DNA of 64,000 bases from NCBI GenBank assembly GCA_965226495.1, contig OZ245365.1, positions 3,744,001-3,808,000 of the forward strand. Direction: 5' to 3'. Positions 59,434 to 64,000 of this stretch are shown piece after piece (the first letter of the stretch is position 1; each line of letters starts with the position of its first letter). Position numbers and translations under genes: made by a program. This DNA comes from Candidatus Marinacidobacterales bacterium. Its GTDB lineage: Bacteria; Acidobacteriota; Vicinamibacteria; Marinacidobacterales; DATDRI01. The notes below the pieces were generated by a model that saw only the letters and a list, made by a program, of their open reading frames with translations, had not been told where the DNA came from and made no database searches.

Positions 59434-60435
59434 TTAACTTTTAAAAGCCGGGAGCACTTCGTCCCCAAGCAAGCGAACCGCTTCCGCCTCGTTCTCACCG
59501 TGCGGAGTTCCAAACTCGAAGACGTCGACGCCGGCGTCGAAGAGCTCCTCCATGCGCCGAACGATGTCTGCTGGTGTCCCGAAACAGCTGAAGCGTCGAA
59601 GGGTATCGTCCGAAATGGCCCGAGCCGCTCCTTCGAAGTCTCCACTCAACATCCCTCGCTCTACGGCCTCGATCTCTTCCGGAGACGGCGAATAGGTCGG
59701 ATCCAGTCTTCCGATCGCGGAAACGTAAGTCGCGACTCGGTGTCGTGCGATGGTTTCGGCACGTTTGCGGTCTCGATCCACGACGGTCACCGCACCGAAA
59801 ATCATGCGAACCTCCGAAGGGTCACGCCCCGCCGGCTTCGTTCCGGCATCGATATAGCCGCGAAACGTCTTCGCCGCCTCGGGATTCACCGACCCGCCTA
59901 TCTTGACCATGTCTGCGATCTTACCGGCCAGCGCGGAGGTCTTTTCCCCCCACGTGCCGAGCAGAACGGGAACGCGACGACCGGGGATCGGAAAACGTAG
60001 GTAAGCCTCGGGCCCCAGACGAAAGACGGAACCTTCATAGGGCTGGTGCTCGTGTTCGCCAGCCAACAAGGTCTGCACCGCCTCGACCATCTCGCGAATC
60101 GCGGTCAAGGGGCGAGGCTGGGGAACTCCGATATGCTCGAAAAAGGCCCCCTTCCCTACCCCCAGATAGGCTCGGCCGCCGCTAGCTTCATCCAGCAGAG
60201 CCAAGTTGGCTGCAATCTGAACCGGGTGGTTGAGATACGGGTTCACCACTCCCGGCCCTAGAAGCGAGTGTCGAGTGCTCTGAGCGAGCTGGAACAGGGC
60301 GCCCCAGGGTGGCTGATACAGGAGATCGTCGTAGACGGAAATCGTCTCGAATCGATAGGACTCGACCAGTTTGCCGAGCTCAGCGTAATCGGCGAGCCTC
60401 TTATCAGCGAGAAACGAAATCCCCAGCCGTCCCAT
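59434..60435 (-). CDS. LLM-class F420-dependent oxidoreductase (Mer-like)
   Basis: LGPGVVNPY..HP..IA, LDEASGGRAYLG.G.G and FGTP motifs. Confidence 0.85.
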   Translation of the reverse strand: MGRLGISFLADKRLADYAELGKLVESYRFETISVYDDLLYQPPWGALFQLAQSTRHSLLGPGVVNPYLNHPVQIAANLALLDEASGGRAYLGVGKGAFFEHIGVPQPRPLTAIREMVEAVQTLLAGEHEHQPYEGSVFRLGPEAYLRFPIPGRRVPVLLGTWGEKTSALAGKIADMVKIGGSVNPEAAKTFRGYIDAGTKPAGRDPSEVRMIFGAVTVVDRDRKRAETIARHRVATYVSAIGRLDPTYSPSPEEIEAVERGMLSGDFEGAARAISDDTLRRFSCFGTPADIVRRMEELFDAGVDVFEFGTPHGENEAEAVRLLGDEVLPAFKS

Positions 60436-60480
60436 CTATTTCCAACTCCGAGTGTCCGTGCAATGCATTGGTTAAGACCG

Positions 60481-60501
60481 TTCAAGCCAAGTTGGCTTGA
60501 A
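60481..60501. promoter_or_regulatory. Perfect 21-bp palindrome, putative operator
   Basis: TTCAAGCCAA-G-TTGGCTTGAA, about 45 bp upstream of the Mer-like LLM gene. Confidence 0.5.
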
Positions 60502-60607
60502 GACCAGGAGGTAACTGAGCTCCATGAGTTCGTTTATCGGTGTCCCTGGTGTCTGGCGTCGTCCACAGCAGCAGCCACGTCAAATGACGCCCGATCACCC
60601 AATTTAT

Positions 60608-61681
60608 CTATTGAGGAAATGCCGAGGGCGGTGTGTCTTGGTAGCCTTCGCCTTCGAGTGCCTCCATGAATGCCACTAAGGCGTCGACCTCTTCATCTTT
60701 CAAATCGAGTGGCTCAATTTTCGGATCCAGGTGAGGGTTCGGGTGACCGCCCTCATTGTAAAGCTCGACGACCTCTCGAAGTGTGGCCACCGATCCGTCG
60801 TGCATGTAGGGAGCGTGTTTCGTCACCTCCCGCACGCTCGGTGTCTTGAAGGCACCCAAGTCTTTATCCTCTTTCGTCACCACGTAGCGGCCTTCGTCGA
60901 AGAACGACTTGGTTTCGGGGTTCCAACCGACACCAAGGTTGTGGAACGTGCTGTCGGTGAGGTTCTGTCCCAGATGACACTGGTTGCAGCTGGCCTTACC
61001 GAAAAAGAGATGGTCGCCCAGCTTGACTTGGTCCGACACGGCGTCTTTCTCGCGCCCAACCTTCCAGCGATCCCAGGGAGAATTCCCGCTCAGGCGCGTC
61101 CTCTCGTAGTCGGCGATCGCCTTGGCGACACGCTCTGCGGTGACCTCAGAGCTGCCAAAAGCTTCCTCTAAGTACTTGCCATAGCCTTCGATCCCCGAGA
61201 GGGTGCTCAACATCCCATCGATCGTATGACCCATCTCTATCGGATTCTCGACCGGCCCCAGAGCCTGCTCTTCGAGAGAGCCGGCTCGACCGTCCCAGAA
61301 GAAGTTTGGGTAGAGCGTCCAGGCCAGGTTGAACGCGGGTGGTGCCTTGCGTCCGCCCTTCTGCCCGCCGATACCGGTCGATACAGGCGTGGGTTCGGAA
61401 AAAGCGTTCTCCGGTCGGTGGCACGTGGCACAGGAAATCGTATTGTCTTTGGACAGACGGGTGTCAAAGAAAAGCCATCGACCCAGACGAACACGCTCCG
61501 GGGTCGGCGGCTCTTCGAGATCCGCGAAGCTCGCGTCGATTCCCAACGGTGGCTCTGGAAGCGGCACCACCGGATTGGCAGCTTCCCACTCCGGCGTACG
61601 CTCCGCGCATCCGGCAACGAGACCGGAAGCTAGAATCAGAACTGCTGTACAACGCATCCTCTGAATCATCAGAAGCTCCAA
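60608..61681 (-). CDS. Di-heme cytochrome c peroxidase (CCP/MauG family) lipoprotein
   Basis: Heme motifs CATCH and CNQCH; FWDGRA, GAFKTPS and APYMHDG; lipobox VAGC. Confidence 0.93.
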   Translation of the reverse strand: MELLMIQRMRCTAVLILASGLVAGCAERTPEWEAANPVVPLPEPPLGIDASFADLEEPPTPERVRLGRWLFFDTRLSKDNTISCATCHRPENAFSEPTPVSTGIGGQKGGRKAPPAFNLAWTLYPNFFWDGRAGSLEEQALGPVENPIEMGHTIDGMLSTLSGIEGYGKYLEEAFGSSEVTAERVAKAIADYERTRLSGNSPWDRWKVGREKDAVSDQVKLGDHLFFGKASCNQCHLGQNLTDSTFHNLGVGWNPETKSFFDEGRYVVTKEDKDLGAFKTPSVREVTKHAPYMHDGSVATLREVVELYNEGGHPNPHLDPKIEPLDLKDEEVDALVAFMEALEGEGYQDTPPSAFPQ

Positions 61682-61896
61682 TAACAGTGCCGGCCACTAT
61701 GAGATCCTTACCGGCCCCGCTTGGCGAAGCCGAGACCGTAGCACGGGCGTAGAAAAACTGTCAACAATCCACGCCTCTTCATTCTCCTCCAACACGCGTA
61801 CTTCCCCCAAATCAAATCGCACTCGGACCCACCCACTCGGTCCTGGACTCGCGGGGGGTTTGGTTGTAGAGTTCCCACCTTACTGAGGAGGAAGTC

Positions 61897-63234
61897 ATGT
61901 TCCATCGTGTATCAGGAAAGACTTTGATCGCCAGTTTGCTCCTGGCGGGGCTTATCGGCTGTGAACAGGCAACCCCGCCGCCCGCCGGTGAAGCATCGAA
62001 CACCGCTGCGTTTGTCGGTGCCACCATCATCGACGGGTCGGGCGCTGAGCCAATCGAGAACGGAGTCCTCGTCGTACGCAACGGCAAGATCACAGCGGTC
62101 GGTGATGTCGATACGACGGTTCCCGACGGTGCGGAGCGAATCGACTTGTCCGGCAAGACCATCATCCCCGGAATCATCGTCACTCACGGGCATGTCGGAC
62201 AAACCAAAGGACTCGAGTCCGGCCCCGAGAACTATACCAAGGAGAACGTGTTGGACCAGCTTGGCCGCTACGCGCGCTATGGGGTCACAACCGTGGTGAG
62301 TTTGGGGGGCGATCTGGAGCCCGGATTCCGGCTCAACGACGCACAAGAGACCGCCGACCTCGATCGAGCCAGACTCTACACCGCCGGGTCGGCACTCGCC
62401 GGACAAACCGCCGATGAGGCGGTAGCGCTAGTCGACGAGAAGGCCGACATGGGTGTGGACTTCATCAAGCTGCGAGTTGATGACAATCTCGGCACGATCG
62501 AAAAAGCATCACCGGAGTTCTACCAGGCTGCGATCAAGCGCGCTCACGAGCGCGGCTTGAAGGTCACGGCGCACCTCTACTACTTGGAAGATGCGAAGGG
62601 TCTTCTCAACGCCGACGTGGATTTCATCGCTCACAGCGTAAGAGATCAGGAAGTAGACGATGAGCTGATCAGTCTAATGAAGGAACGCAACGTCTGCCTC
62701 ACACCCACCCTCACTCGGGAGATGGTGAGTTTCGTTTACGAGGACGTCCCAGAGTTTTTCGAGGACCCTTTCTTCTTGAAGGAAGTAGACCCCGACATCA
62801 TCGAACAACTGAAAGACCCCGCGCGGCAGCAACGCGTCCGCGACAGCAAGGCGGCTCAAGCTTACAAGCAAGCACTGGTCGTGGCTTCCAAGAACGTCAA
62901 TACCTTGGCCGACAACGGGGTCACAGTAGCCTTCGGCACCGACAGTGGTCCGCCGTCTCGTTTCCAGGGCTACTTCGAGCACTTAGAGATGGAGCTCATG
63001 GCCGAGGCCGGGCTTGCGCCGATGCAAGTTCTGAGCGCTGCAAGCGGCAACGCAGCACGCTGTCTCGGGCTCGACGGTCTGGGCACGCTCTCGGCAGGAA
63101 ACTGGGCCGACTTTGTGGTTCTCAACAAGGACCCGCTAGCCGACATCAAAAACACGCGGAGCGTCGAGTCAGTTTGGATCGCGGGGAATGAGGTGCCGGG
63201 CCGTGAGGAGGCCGATAGCCCAGAAACGGAGTAG
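61897..63234 (+). CDS. Amidohydrolase family lipoprotein
   Basis: Lipobox LIGC; PGII.THGH, GVTTV.SLG, AH and FGTDSG motifs. Confidence 0.9.
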   Translation: MFHRVSGKTLIASLLLAGLIGCEQATPPPAGEASNTAAFVGATIIDGSGAEPIENGVLVVRNGKITAVGDVDTTVPDGAERIDLSGKTIIPGIIVTHGHVGQTKGLESGPENYTKENVLDQLGRYARYGVTTVVSLGGDLEPGFRLNDAQETADLDRARLYTAGSALAGQTADEAVALVDEKADMGVDFIKLRVDDNLGTIEKASPEFYQAAIKRAHERGLKVTAHLYYLEDAKGLLNADVDFIAHSVRDQEVDDELISLMKERNVCLTPTLTREMVSFVYEDVPEFFEDPFFLKEVDPDIIEQLKDPARQQRVRDSKAAQAYKQALVVASKNVNTLADNGVTVAFGTDSGPPSRFQGYFEHLEMELMAEAGLAPMQVLSAASGNAARCLGLDGLGTLSAGNWADFVVLNKDPLADIKNTRSVESVWIAGNEVPGREEADSPETE

Positions 63235-63243
63235 CGAAACGCC

Positions 63244-63921
63244 CTACTGAAGAAGAGTCTCTTCGACAAGGGCTTCCGGTAGATTCACGGGATGGCCGAA
63301 GTACACGACGTTGCCCTTTCGATCGATCAAAACGCATCGGGGGATGGCTCGTACCCCATAGCTTTGAACAACGTTTGCCTGGAAATTTCCCTGGTCGAAC
63401 AGGAATAGAAAACTAAAGCCGCCATCGTCGATGTAGCCCAAAACGTCTTTGCTCGGCCCCTCGATGTTGACACCAATGACCTCTAGGCCTTGTTGCTGAA
63501 ATCTCTGATAGAGCTTCTCCACTGTGGGCATCGAAGAACGACAAGGACCACACCATGTCGCCCAAAAGTCGACGAGGACGGTCTTGCCACGGAAATCGGA
63601 AAGAGACACTCTACGACCGTGGCGATCTTCGAGCGCAAACGGCGGAGCGGGCGACCTCGTAGCGACGCTTCCTCGTGGTCTCGCAGGGATGAGGTCTCCA
63701 GTTTCAAGGGAGGAACCCTCTCGGACCATGTCGGCGGTAGAGGGCTCTGTCACCCCGGCGGCGGTGCTCTCGATGTCCTCGTCGGTCAAGGTCAGGACCG
63801 AGGCACCGCTGTTTTGTTTGCGGCGCTCCTTTTCCTTCTTCGCAACCTCGCCGAGCGATTGCCCGAGAACCAAAGCCGGAAGGAGCGAGAAAAGAGCCCC
63901 CGCGAGAACGCGCTTAAACAT
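63244..63921 (-). CDS. TlpA-family thiol-disulfide oxidoreductase
   Basis: [10 protein letters not shown] and YGVRAIP motifs; signal peptide. Confidence 0.9.
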   Translation of the reverse strand: MFKRVLAGALFSLLPALVLGQSLGEVAKKEKERRKQNSGASVLTLTDEDIESTAAGVTEPSTADMVREGSSLETGDLIPARPRGSVATRSPAPPFALEDRHGRRVSLSDFRGKTVLVDFWATWCGPCRSSMPTVEKLYQRFQQQGLEVIGVNIEGPSKDVLGYIDDGGFSFLFLFDQGNFQANVVQSYGVRAIPRCVLIDRKGNVVYFGHPVNLPEALVEETLLQ

Positions 63922-64000
63922 TCGATCTCCTATTTTCAGGGAACACTACGATCTTAACATGGGGTCCGAGGTCCTTCAACGCTACCTGCGACCGGTCACG

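Noticed and set aside
59434-60435. Mer-like gene plus F420 genes as evidence of methanogenesis or an archaeal origin
   Set aside because: LLM-family F420 enzymes are widespread in bacteria. There are no methanopterin or mcr genes, and the context is clearly bacterial (lipoproteins, AddAB, sigma70 and sigma54 promoters).

Overview
A GC-rich bacterial chromosomal segment. The gene content (DUF4388-TPR protein, many secreted amidohydrolases and peptidases, PQQ-like beta-propeller, GH3/beta-lactamase fusion) suggests Acidobacteriota, but this is inference. From left to right: the 3' end of metH; an orphan btaB-like methyltransferase; a 65-aa Lys/Arg-rich protein whose promoter overlaps two NrdR-box-like sites 42 bp apart; a beta-CASP nuclease; a GntR-linked pair of uncharacterised Fe-S/Cys-motif proteins with a palindromic operator; a long run of catabolic and hydrolytic genes (rocD, gabT, glpD, amidohydrolases, peptidases); a very acidic small protein; msrA; addB-addA, with AddA ending in QLELF; a DUF4388-TPR protein with 90-bp tandem repeats; phoD; and an F420 cluster (cofG-cofH-cofD-cofC plus an LLM gene, no cofE). 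A 5.57-kb island carrying an IS91/ISCR-like rolling-circle transposase lies between two diverged copies of the 3' part of that LLM gene. Five genes have single-base frameshifts in or next to short homopolymers, and a few short stretches look garbled, so consensus errors are likely. I saw no rRNA, tRNA or CRISPR array. All calls come from reading motifs by eye; no database search was run.
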